NCBI GenBank assembly: GCA_951406725.2
Contig: OX597814.1
Coordinates: 75,082,001-75,146,000 of the forward strand
Length of the DNA: 64,000 nt
Source of the DNA: Octopus vulgaris
Taxonomy: Eukaryota
Direction of reading: 5' to 3'
In this document: piece after piece, positions 25,998 through 38,813 of the stretch
Position numbering within the stretch: the stretch's first letter is position 1
Layout of the letters: each line of letters opens with the position of its first letter
The notes under the pieces: model-generated
Databases searched by the model: none
Told to the model about the DNA's origin: nothing
The model's input: the letters and a program-made list of their open reading frames with translations, nothing else
Position numbers and translations under genes: made by a program

Positions 25998-28208
25998 AGT
26001 GTATGAGTGTGTAAAGTCTTCCTCTCAGCATGCATATGGAAGGATGTTGACTTGGACTTGTACAAGTAGTACCAGTGTAGGACTTATAATGTTCCAGGCC
26101 AAAGAAGTCTTTTTCTAGTTGCTATACCTGCTTGAAATTACAGAAAATCTCCCTCAAATTGCACCATACTAAGGAAAGGGAAGACACATTAAACAATGTA
26201 GTCTCCACAATGTAGTGTGTGTATCATTTTATTACTATCATTATTTATCTCACATCCTTTCCCAAGTTTAGGACTTAGTTCTCAAAATCCTTCATTTTGA
26301 TATAATTTAATATTTATCTTAAATCTCTGTTGATACTAACTTTCCTCAGAAGTAGCTCTCATTTTAAGGTGTTGATATGAAAACCTTCCTTCACAATTTC
26401 ATGTAAGACACATTTCTATGTTCTAAACTTTATAATAATAATGAAAAAGTTGTTTTATTAAATCTGTCCAAATTCCTTATTATTTTCAAAATTAATTGAC
26501 ACTTGTAGACAGGTGCATTTCATAAAAAAAATATAGTGGTAAAAGGCTAAATATTCTAGCTGTTTTTAATAAAATTAATTTTTAAAAGATATTCAATCTT
26601 ACCTAACAGCTAGTGTCACCTCAAAGTCATTCCTCACTGAGAATGACTTCTCAAAGTCATTGCTCCTGCAATCTCACATTTAACATTCAAATACTTGCTC
26701 AGTTTTGTTTTCTGTTTGTTTTAACAGACACTTTGACTACTACAGAAATAATAGGTTTCCTACTCACTATTAATTGGTTGCAATTAAAGATGAAATTTAG
26801 AAGTCTTTAGACTCAAGATTTCATTAGGGCAATGATCATATTTCATTGCACTTTAACAAGTTATTACTTCTCCCACAAACATAATTTCCTTTTTAGAACT
26901 TTTTAAGTAGTTCTATAATGTGACAAGATTTTATTACTAATGAGAATTTTCTAAAATATATCTGAATTTATGGACTCTGTTTAGTAACTCTTTATGACAA
27001 ATCCAAGCACTTGCCTGCATCATTATCCCAGTATCTGATATAGTTAATAGCAATCTTGAAAAATGAGTTAACATCACTTCAAACATTAAGAAGAAAATGC
27101 AAATGTACATCTGGTTTTACATTTCCAGTTATTACCAGAAACTATGGAAGTGTGAAGAAAATAGTAACTTAAAACACTTATTTTTTTAAATATATAATTA
27201 TATGAGAAAACAAAGTCTATAATTGGGAATTTAAGAGAGCATGGTCAGAAGTAAACTGTAGTTTGCAGATTTTAGCAGCCACAAACACATATACATGTAC
27301 ATGCAATGTATGTTTGTATGTGCATGTGTGTTACTATAAATACTGGGTGCAAATAAAAGCAATATTTAGCCCCTGATTTTGAATCGGAATGAATGTGGAT
27401 GAAATGAAAATCTGTCTTCCTACCTCATCAAGTGTATTATTTTCCAAAGAGTAGTGTGACAAAATTACATTAGTGATAATAACAATAATAGTTGATTACA
27501 TATATCAACTCTAGTGCTCAACTGGTACTTAATTTATCAACCAGCAATGGGATAAAAGGCGAAGTTGACCTTGGCGGAATTTGAACTCAGAACATGAAGA
27601 TGGATGAAATGCTGATAAACATTTTTGTCTAGCACACTAATCATTCTATCAGCTCACCAATAATAATAATAATAGTAGTAGTAGTAGTAGTAGTAATATT
27701 CCAGTACATCTATGAGGAGGTTGTCTAAATAGTTAGACCTACTAAGCTATTTTGTCTAAATATATATATATTACACAGACACACGATCCTCTAATGAAAA
27801 CACATACTTGCAATTAGTTATTTATAAAACCACTTCAGCACTTAGCTAACATCAAGAAGCAATATGAATTCTGTGTTTTTGTGGGCCTCTCTAGTTATCA
27901 AATACAATTATCTATCAACTAGGCAACAATATCACTAAATAAGGGAAATATGCAGATGTGCATGTTTAAGTGTATGCGTGCATGTGTGTATGCTTATGGG
28001 GGCTTGGTTAAGAGGCAGTTGAGGGTATGTTAGAGGAGAATTTAAACACTTTTTTTAAAAGGGCAAAAAAATAAACAAAAAAAAATTAAAACCAAAATCA
28101 AAACATGAAATGTTGAAGAGGAGAAAAGTAAGTGGAGGAGGAGGAGAGGAAGAGGATGAGGTGGAGCTGTATGCCAGATCCACATGTTAATGTCAGTGAA
28201 AACTATAC

Positions 28209-28340
28209 CTGCTTGTTGTATTCCCACCCGCCATATGCATTAGGACAAGGTGTCAGTACCACTTTTTCCCTGCGTGTATATATGTGGAGACACATGTTCT
28301 CATCTAGCATTATCTGTTTCTTCTTGGTGAAGGCAAACAC
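28209..28340 (-). CDS. GALNT1: GALNT lectin beta-repeat exon, variant B (divergent, putative mutually exclusive)
   Basis: 132 bp, ctgtcgtag|GTG...CAG|gtatag, phase 0-0, open frame; VFAFTKKKQIMLDENMCLHIYTRREKVVLTPCPNAYGGWEYNKQ aligns to exon A (F..TKK, CL, second C, WEY.K). Confidence 0.85.
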
Positions 28341-30997
28341 CTACGACAGACGTCAGCAACAAGGTATGATGGAATGGATGCCCACGGCATGCAAACAAAC
28401 AGAACGGACAATGGTTACATAGTAAAAATAATTTACACTCATCAAACTAAAAGAAATTTAAGCACATCTAACACATATACACACACACACACACATGCAT
28501 GTGTGTATGCATGTATGTATAAGTGAAGGATTAATTAAACGGTTGGATAAGTAAACAGGCCTGAAACAAAGCCTTCTGTCTTCAGCAGCTAATAATAATA
28601 TAGGGATTTAGTTATTTCCATTGAGTTTTTTTTCCTCTCATCTTTTCAGTGGATGGAAAGGAATGTTTTAAAAGAAAGTAATATTAAAGACTTAATTTCC
28701 TCACAACAAAAAATAGGAAAGAAAAAACCTCAAAGAAACATCAGCTGAAAGAGAATATAACAAGCTTAACTCAGATCTAAACCTGCAAGCAATCACAAGG
28801 CACACACACACATACATACAAACACGATAAACAAAAAGACAAAAAATATGTATAAAATAAATTACACATTATAAACAAAATGAAAAAGAATAAAAAACAC
28901 AAACATAACAGCAGCGGCAGCAGCATAAAGAGAAGAAAAAGAAAAAAAAACTTTTGTCATCTGAATGAATGGTGATCGAAAATTTACTGCAATTAAAGAG
29001 AAAACTTGAGCTATATTCCAATGGAGAGGTAAAGCTGACACTACTATATGAAAATAATAATATCAGTGAGTTAAAAATTTGATGCTTGAAAAAGAGAAAA
29101 GATTGTAGTCACACTAAGTTTATCTGATACATTTGTGAGTTTGCGCATTGGTTGTCTAATATATTTGTATGACTACAGATGCCATAGTTGGGATATATAT
29201 GTTGGTGACATATGACTGTGCCAGAGCCAGAATACCAATGTAAACTGTAAAGTACACACACATGTTCCATGGAATTCAGTTGTGAGTTGGGATAGAGCAA
29301 GAATGAGCAAAAATAATAATAAAAGAAAGTAAAAAAAAAAATCTTATTAATTCTATGACAGTCATATCTTTAACCCATGTTAATTTTCCTATAACTTCCA
29401 CTCCTGAAGCTACTTGTTAGTTTTTCTATAGGATCTTTAGAGAACTAATAATCAGCTGAGTTAAAAGCTGCAACAAAGTTTTTATCAACAGAAAAGAAGT
29501 AAAATCAAATCATAAGGTTTATGCCTTTCCTTGAAGGAAAAAAAATGTAAACTATAGCAAAAAAACTGGGTTGAAATGAACAAAATTAACTTTTAATTGT
29601 TATGAACATTACTTAGTAAATCTTGGTCTATAATATGTATTTGTGTGGGTGTGTGTGAAAGAGTAGACACGCACACACACAAGCATGCATGTACATTTAT
29701 GGGCGTGTGCTTGTGTAAGCATGTATAACTAAATGTACATTGTACATATGCATACTCTTATATATACACATCACATATACATTCATTTAAAGCTTAGATT
29801 TTTATGCTGGCATGGGTTGGACATAAATAAATTAAAGCAGGATATTATGGCCAGATCGCTTCCTGTCAAAAACCCTTACCAGTAAGTAAGAGATATGTCA
29901 GAGCCACAGGTTATAATATCAACAAAGAATCTCAACAATCAACAGTAGAGCAGGTTCATCACATTTCATTTCAGCATTTAAAACATCCTCCAATTTCAAT
30001 GTCCAATGTTTTGCTACACATGCAGCATCACACTTCATTTACATGCATCATACAATTGCCCTTCACTCAGAGAGAATTCTTTCTCTTACCAACTGAAATA
30101 ACATCTTGAATTTTTCACTCTGCTCCTATTATGGCTATTGTTATCTCAAAACACCTCCTTCCATCTAAGTATCAGAAGTAATCAACTGCTTCTAGAGAGT
30201 CTTTCAAATATTTGGAAGAATTTATTTTATGAGTGCTCTTACTGCTAACTACTCCATCTAAAATACAAAATTAGCTTCTCTTTATATATATCATTAAAGA
30301 ACCCACTTCAATGTGTTATATTAGAATTTAAATTTTCTCTAAAACAATACAGTATCAAAGCATTAAATGCAGTATCCCTTTCAGTTCCAGCACAAATTGG
30401 TTTCCTGAATTTGTAAATTATTATGCCATGAAGATATATTTCATTCCATTCAAAATATCTAATACTAATTATTATTTCTAATAATGAAGAGGGCTGTAGT
30501 TGATTTTAGAAGAGGGCTGTAGTTGATTGAATCAATTCTAATACATGCTTAGTATTTATTTAATCAACCATGCGAAAATGAAGAGCTAAGTCAATCTTCT
30601 AATGTAAAAAGAAGTAATCCAACTAAAAATTATTAGATACTTTACAGTTACTACTATCCTAAGCCTTTTTATTTTGCTAAAATTAAAGCATAGGACAGGT
30701 ACCAATACTAACACAACTACTAAAAATAATAATTTCCATTGGTTGCCTATGATTTTATTTTGAAAGACCATGGAAGTTCCACAGCATGAGAAGAGTCAAC
30801 AGCTACCTGTGAATAATGGCATGACAAATGTACATAAACAGAAAATTAATGTGACTAAAATAATTGAAAATACTAATATTGTACTTAAATTCCTTGATAA
30901 ATCAACTAAATTCTAAGCATGCAGACTAAATAGAATTTTTTTTTTTTTTTTTGAGGAGTTGTTTAGTCTTCAGATCTTTGTCTGAGGACTCTCATAC

Positions 30998-31132
30998 CTC
31001 TTTGTCATATTCCCAGATCTGGTTCCCGCCCAGACCATGGCACTGAAATAATTTTACAGGGCCACCCACAGCTGAAACATCGAGACACACATCGTCTGTT
31101 TGGAGAGCTTGCTTTTTTGTATAGGAAAAAAT
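30998..31132 (-). CDS. GALNT1: GALNT lectin beta-repeat exon, variant A (canonical)
   Basis: 135 bp, gatttcag|ATT...GAG|gtatga, phase 0-0; IFSYTKKQALQTDDVCLDVSAVGGPVKLFQCHGLGGNQIWEYDKE; translated by hand, not in the ORF track. Confidence 0.94.
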
Positions 31133-31359
31133 CTGAAATCAATCAAGTGGGGTAAGAACTTGTGAATAAAGCAGAGTTGAAACATAAACAGAACAACATT
31201 TAAACAATTTAGCTTGAATACAGCAACCAAGAATAAATAACAAAAAATAATGGACATATTCACTACAAAACCTTGATATATTTTGAGAATCTATTATTTT
31301 CATGAACTGTCTCAGTTGCAGAAAAGAATGATATACAACTCTTTTACAATCTCTGTATA

Positions 31360-31945
31360 ATATTGATATGATGTGTCTCCCTGTACCCCAAGTTCCTTCC
31401 ACTGTTTGGGAGTGGCACCTCTTCCCACAGCTCTCCTTGTCCATCTGCAGTACATGACCATACTAATGCAAATGTATCTCTTGCATGCCACATCCAATGC
31501 TTCTTATGTCTAATGTTTCTCTCAGGGTTCTCGCACTCTGTCATGTGTGCACACTGACATTACACATCCAGCGGATCATGCTAACTTCATTTCTTTCGAG
31601 CCTATGCATGTCTTCAGCAGTCATGGCCCATGTTTCACTGCTGTGAAGTATGGCAGTTTGCACACATGCATCATACAATCTACCTTTCACTCTGGGCAAG
31701 TGACCCTTTGTCACCAGTAGGGGTAAAAGCTTTCTGAACTTTGCCCAGGCTATTCTTATTCTAGTGGTAACATTCTCTGAGCATCCGCTCCCGCTACTGA
31801 CTCAGTCACCTAAGTAACGGAAGCTGTCAACTACTTCTAGCTTTCCCCTCTGGAATGTGATGGAAGCTGTTCTCTGCACATTTTCAGTGTTTATTGCTCC
31901 TGAGCATTTGCCACTCACAAAAACTATCTTCCCAGTTAGAGTTCT
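31360..31945 (-). mobile_element. RTE LINE fragment
   Basis: Homologous to 61370-61950 (LEVVDSFRYL, RIRIAWAKFR, HSSETWA, VEGTWG.GR). Confidence 0.85.
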
Positions 31946-34419
31946 GCAACTACATTATACAATGTATCCTTCAATCTTATAATATTATAGGGCGTGATTT
32001 GAGGGTGGTTTAATTGTTACTTCTCAAAAGTTAATTGTCCACACAGAAGCTTCCTTTTCTATGTGTTTCATGTACTCATACTGACATCATGTATTCAGAT
32101 AGTTATTACTAGTGCTTACTAATGGATATGAAAATGAATTAAGCAATTTCTGTCACACTTTTTTTTTATTTGGGTGTATGTGTGAAATTGTAGTCTGTAA
32201 TTACATAGGTACACAACTTTTTTGACTGATATTATTTAGTTATAAGAGCTTGTTTCAAATATTTTTTCTTCAATATTACTGAGTGATCAAAACCTATTTT
32301 CCCATTTACTCTATTCTATGCACACATATATAAACACAAGAAAACCTCCAAGTGATCACATGAATTGCTAGAACTAGCAACCACATTTCTCTCAAATCAT
32401 TTTACGAAAGAAGGACGAATTAGATAAAGTGATTCTGGGTGCACAGTGTCTTAGTTGGCTATGAAATGAGATAACCATAGAGTTGTTTGCTTAATCAATA
32501 CATTCTCTTTTGTAACAACTGCAGCAGTGAATGAATTAGTGGAGCTGTAATGTGAAAGTTACTTTCTTGGTCCCTCACCCATAGGGGAGAGAGAGAGAGA
32601 GAGAGAAACTGACCTCAGTACTTCTTCACTAGTACTTTTATTGACCCTAAAGTACTGCCTTAATCAGAGCTGACCTGGAGCTCAACAAAAAGAACAACAT
32701 CATACAGCTACAAAGAGTAAACATTCATAAATGTCAGTATATACAGTGTTGTATTTGGCTTTCAAAGTTAGCATTAATTGCTCTCTACAGCCATTACACC
32801 AATTTCAATAGTAAGTGGTATATATTTTGCATCAACCTATAAAAAGAACACCCATATTAAAAAAAAAGGGGAAGAACACATTGGATAATGTAATCTAACA
32901 CATACAAATAGACTGGATGGTTATAGCTGAAACACATTTGATCATAATTCTATTAGATTAGGACATTAAGTAGATGCATGCAGGGTTGTATTAATAGCAT
33001 TTTTGCAATCTTGAGCAAAGTAATGCCCTGGGGTCTATAGTATCATATATTGACAGAAAGCCATACTAACTGGGAGCCTAGTTAGTATTGCACCACCAGA
33101 CCCATGAGCCACCCCAGGCAACTGCCCAGTATGCCTATGCCTTTGGACAGCACTTTGTGCATACACACATATAAAATTCAACTTCTCCAGCAACTTTTTA
33201 TAAGTCACAGGCAGCAACTCAAAAAGTATCTAAATTTTATTTAAAAGATTATATTAAATTCTATTTTGAGAGTGGGTTAAAAAAGAATTTAAATATTTTA
33301 GTTTCTAGATGGTTTAAATTAATTTTTGTCTTTTTCTTGTTGCAATACATTAACAACAACAGTTCAGAGTAAACTAATAATGTTGATGTTACGAATTTTA
33401 GTAGCTTCAAAAGCTTTACTTTTGAATTTGAGCTCATCCAGTCATCAAATGAATTATTTTAATTGAAAACAAACATATAATTAAATTATTTTTACTTTCA
33501 ATTTCAAATCAGACCTAAGCTCAAGTTTTTAAAAATCACTTTATTTAATCCTTGATATACATCTTCAGTTCTCTAGAAACTTAAAACCTTTTGTAATGTC
33601 TTCTCATTTGTTTATCTCCATCTGACTTCTACTGGAAGATAAACTATAAATATCCTTTTTACTTTTGTGAATGTATTCCTGATCATCATTATCATTACCA
33701 TTTAATGTCTGTTTTCAATGCTGGCATAGACTGTATGGTTCAACAAAGGCTGGTATGACAAAAGACTGTGCCAAACTTTAATGTCTGCTTTGGCATGGCT
33801 TCTATGGCTGGATGCCCTTCCTAATATCAATGAGTTTAGTATGTGTACTGGGTACTTTTTAGGTGGCACTGGCGCTAAGTTTACCAAGTAGTTCACAAGA
33901 TAAGACCTCTCCCCACTCACTGAAGGGGAAGGAAGTAGTATTCAGGAAGGTGGTTTTATGATGAGATGTTAAGTATGATAAGGGGACAAGAGCAAGTGGT
34001 TACCCCAGTTAGAACAGGTGGAAGATGGTGGCAAAGATTTATCAGGACCAATACATATGTCTTTATTTCATTAGGTTTTTCCAAGACTAAACAAGAAGTG
34101 TTTCTAGTGTGTTAAAAAGAAATGGGTAGGACTGAAGGTGGAACCATATGGTTGGCAAGCAAGCTACTTGCCACATAGCCACTCCTGCATCTTTTAAATG
34201 TATACATCTCTAGATATGTGTCATTCTGATATTTTTGATTGGCCTAGATATGTTGACTTTAAAATCTATTTTTATCTAGAAACTATATATCAATTTACTT
34301 TAAGTCATCAAAAAATAATGTGCTGATTTATTTAGAATTTTGATGTGTCATTTATGTTTATTCACTGCTATGGAAAATTATGAAGTGCTTGCTCTTTGAA
34401 GGACTCTCTCTCTTTCTCT

Positions 34420-34782
34420 TTTCTCTTTTACTTGTTTCAGTCATTTGACTGCGGCCATGCTGGAGCACCACCTTTTAGTACTTATTCTATCGGTCTCTTT
34501 TTGCCGAACCGCTAAGTGACGGGGACCTAAACACACCAGCATCGGTTGTCAAGCAATGCTAGGGGGACAACCACAGACACACAAACACACACACATATAC
34601 ATATATATACATATATACGACAGGCTTCTTCCAGTTTCCGTCTACCAAATCCACTCACAAGGCATTGGTCGGCCCGAGGCTATAGCAGAAGACACTTGCC
34701 CAAGATGCCACGCAGTGGGACTGAACCCGCAACCGTGTGGTTGGTTAGCAAGCTACTTACCACACAGCCACTCCTGCGCCTA
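34420..34782 (-). mobile_element. tRNA-derived SINE (second family)
   Basis: Minus-strand head GGCGCAGGAGTGGCTGTGTGGTAAG...GGTTCAGTCCC followed by GGGCAAGTGTCTT; internal CA/TA tract; paralogs at 36657-37005 (-) and 59170-59510 (+). Confidence 0.85.
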
Positions 34783-35652
34783 TAATAATTTATTATTAAA
34801 ATAACTGTTGAAGACAGATCTAAATATAGCCAACACAAAATAACATTTTAGAATACTTTTTACTCTTGAGTTAGCAGTTTAGCATAGTTTATGATACAAA
34901 ATATGATAGAAAATATATTTATTTACATATATAGCCAAATCCATTTTCACAAAATAAAAAAATTTAATGAATTTGAACCATTCATAAATGAATTTTTCCC
35001 AGATTTTTGAAAAGCATACCTTTCAAAGATTTGCAAAGTATTTCTGATTTAACTGAGTTTCATTGTTCTTATATATTTTTTTAATTTTATTTTTAAAAAT
35101 TTTTTATTTTTTATTTATTATTTTTTTATTTTATTTTATCTAGTTTCAGCTCACGAGCTGTGGCCATGCTGGGGCACCGCCATATATATATATATATACA
35201 TCATTCAACTATGGTAGTAGTTGAATAATATTCTTAACGTAACTTTTTTGTCGCAGTTGGCATCTTCCAAGCAGTCTCACTAATTCAGTTTTAATCGAAA
35301 TCAAATTTAATTTTTTTAATTATATTTGACTAGTGCTAAGGTACAATTAGACATAAAATACTTAAAATCTGGTGCAGTAGAACAAAAGTTAAGAGAAAAC
35401 ATATATAGACCAAACTGGTTGATTGATGGATAGTAACGTATAACATTGACATTTTGAATCCACACCATTCTTTTAATTTTGATTAAGAATTATTATATTG
35501 ATATTAATATGGAAGAGAAATGCTAAAGGTTTCTTAAAATTTTATCCATTAGGAAAAAAGATATTTAATTTTAATTCTCAAATTTTTATCAATTTTTGCA
35601 TGAATTAAAATTTTTTTGCTTAATTTATTGTGGTATGGCTTTTTAAAGATCA

Positions 35653-36006
35653 CAATTGCAGCGTGGAAGGTGTTTATAAGCCATTTAAGAAACACACAAA
35701 AGCCGTTCGATTCACTTCAACATTTAAGTTTAATTTGTCAAAATATTTTCGTCGCTAAAATCCGCTACCTGTTCACTGACAAAGTCCGTGCTGCATCTTG
35801 AGATGCAGCACGGACTTTGTCAGTGAACAGGTCGCGGATTTTAGCGACGAAAATATTTTGACAAATTAAACTTAAATGTTGAAGTGAATCGAACGGCTTT
35901 TGTGTGTTTCTTAAATGGCTTATAAACACCTTCCACGCTGCAATTGTTTTCGTTTCAGCACACGATCTCAGATCAAATTACTTGCTATGCGAGTACATCT
36001 CCGTAA
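35653..36006. mobile_element. Penelope-like foldback insertion with 147-bp arms and 13-bp flanking direct repeat
   Basis: 35652-35798 is the reverse complement of 35801-35947 (1 mismatch, 2-nt loop); tttttaaagatca at 35640-35652 and 36007-36019. Confidence 0.8.
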
Positions 36007-36592
36007 TTTTTAAAGATCATTTTTGAATAAATCATTTTAATAAGATATTTTAGTTTTTCTTTTTTTTTTGATTTTGTCTCTATGAGCAGTACTGAATCAT
36101 GTAGTGGGGCTGTTCAGAAAAGGCAAATGACAAAAATTCAAATATTTTAACACTCAATTTTCACTATTTAAAAAATTTTCAAACATATATGAGTGTATAA
36201 AAATAACGCATTGAAGAAAGGAGAAATTAAAATCTCTACATATATAATAGAATGAGATACTAAGGCAGCAAATACTCAAATTGTGTATATTTGTACAATT
36301 CTATTTACAAATACATAAAGTTTAGCTATTAATTCTATCCTTTTAAAACATACAATACTAATAAGCTGGGAAAATAAACAATACCTAGAGATAATTGGGA
36401 ACATCCACCATGTGTGCACAGATTGTCAATGCCAATTAGTCTGTGGTACTCCCTCTCCCAACATAGGGCCATGCCAGTTTCCTCCAATATGAATACAGAA
36501 AACAATAGCCCTATTATATGTACAAAACTATATAATGCATACCGCATATAAATAATTTCCTCTTTTGAAAGATATTCATTTAAATTTATATA

Positions 36593-36655
<63 letters not shown>

Positions 36656-36656
36656 G

Positions 36657-37005
36657 TATTTGTTTCAGTCATTTCACTGCAGCCATACTAAAGCACTGCC
36701 TTTAGTTGAGCAAACCGACCCCCAGGACTTATTCTTTGTAAGCCTAGTACTTATTCTATTGGTCTCTTTTGCCAAACCACTAAGTTACAGGGACATAAAC
36801 ACACCAGCATTAGTTGTCAAGTGATGTTGGGGGACACAGACACACAAACATATACATATATATGATGGGCTTCTTTCTCTCTACCAAATCCACTCACAAG
36901 GCTTTGGTCAGCCTGAGGCTATAGTAGAAGACACTTGCCTAAGATGCCATGCAGTGGGACTTAACCCAGAACGATGTGGTTGGGAAGCAAGCTACTCCTG
37001 TGCCT
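36657..37005 (-). mobile_element. tRNA-derived SINE (second family)
   Basis: Colinear with 34420-34782; abuts (TA)n. Confidence 0.85.
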
Positions 37006-37099
37006 GTATATGTAATGCATACATATAAATCAATGACACATACCTAATGCAATCAAGAGTCACCAGAATTTCTGAAAACACCCCACTCCTTCAAGTCAG

Positions 37100-37745
37100 T
37101 ATCTCTCAGTAGACAATGTTCTTAGTAACAGTTCGCCCTCTTCTCGTTCCTTGTCTGTCTGTCTCCATCACCTTAACCCTTACATCTGAGAGTTTGTGAG
37201 CTCTAGAGTATGCCACATACAACTGCCTGTGACTGAACACTGGCTGAGGTAAGAACAATCCCATCTTCTTAAATGTCTGCTCTTGTGACATGTTAATAGT
37301 CATGGCATATGACAAATGGACAGGAAACAAGGTGAATGGCAAGTTAGGGTCACTTGGATCAAGCTTTATTCTGGGGACGAGGACACGTCTGCCAAATAGT
37401 GAGCCTCGATTGAATGTTGATGCATGGCCACTACTTCCAGTCTTGTACCATTGCAGAGTCCATTCTGGATAGAAATGTTACGAAGAAGCATTATATTGAG
37501 CAAAATTTTAAACTCAATTTATGAGGAGGCATTCGTGATGGTGTTAAAGGATTTAGAAATTTAAGTGGATAGTGTTCAGACTCAGCAGGATCATCTGTCA
37601 AAAAATTATCTGTACTATAATAGGTGCGGCAGTCACCTGGAAGTTGTCTCAAAACTTCTTCACTGATCAGGAGGCAGTTTGTTCTTTGACGAAAGAATTA
37701 CTCTGCTTCTTCTTGCTTCCTCAGATGTATTGCTGAAGATATCCA
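37100..37745 (-). mobile_element. Helitron PIF1-like helicase relic
   Basis: PFTLFPVHLSYAMTINMSQEQTFKKMGLFLPQPVFSHRQLYVAYSRA matches the helicase motifs AMTINKSQGQT and VFSHGQLYVA.SR; upstream sequence frameshifted. Confidence 0.85.
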
Positions 37746-38813
37746 CCACACACCCACGACAAAAAAAAAAAACCTCCACATTTTGAGTAATATTATATTT
37801 CAATTTCAAAATTTGATTTATCTATTTATTTTATTAGATAGATATATTTGTCCGAATATATAACATTTGATTTCAATTTCAAAATTTGTTTCATTAGATA
37901 TATAGATAAAAATCCCATCCCTGATTTACAGTTTACACATATCTATACATATATCTATATACATGTGACACAGAATGTCACATGTTCACAAACACACACT
38001 ATCACTCCCTCTGACTCTTTCTCTCTCACTACTTCTTTGTTGCTCCTCTTATATATTGTATGAAGAGCATAATGGACGGACAAACTAAGGAAGGAACAAG
38101 CAGAATTATTATATGATTCAATATTAATTTAATTTATCTAAAATAAAGTCATTTTATTAAATATATTCATTTGTAACTTTGTCTCTGTACAGTACTGAAA
38201 TTATATTAATATGAAAGAGAAATGTTAAAGGAATATATTGGTAAAGGTTTCACAAAATTTTATCTATTAGAAAAAAAAGATATTTAATTTTAATTCTCAA
38301 ATTTTTATCAATTTTTGCATGACATTCAAGGGACACTACTCATACATGACTAATTAATTTTATAGTAAATAGAATATGATTATTTGTGACTTTGTCTCTA
38401 TGAGCAGTACTGAAGTTTGTAGTAAGGCTGTTCAGAAAAGCCAAATGCTACTTGTAATTATATTCTATTCAATATTAATTTAATTTATTTAAAATAAAGT
38501 CATTTTATTAAATTTGTATCATCATTTTTTTTTTCATTTTTTATAAAATTCTTTAAATATATTCATTTGTAACTTTGTCTCTCTCTACAGTACTGAAATT
38601 ACAGTATGTACATTATGTCCAGAAAAGGCAAAGTTGCAATGATTATCATTCATTTTAGAATTAATTTCTAAATGAGAATTGGTCAAATGAAAAAAAATAT
38701 TTTGTTTGAATGTTCTTGGAAATTTTTGAATTTAAAATGACTGCAAAAAGTGTTAATTTTATACATTTTTAATTCAAACTTTATTATTATTGCAATGCCT
38801 GTAAAAGCACTAG

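Noticed and set aside
26122-26134. ctatacctgcttg identical to the exon B donor region
   Set aside because: Part of a dispersed repeat (gctagaaatagcagccaaatct-like, also near 6144, 7369, 32367); no exon-like frame upstream
36335-36547. Minus-strand ORF with Cys and GG (DNLCTHGGCSQ) as another lectin exon
   Set aside because: No CL/QxW spacing, no matching phase 0-0 splice sites
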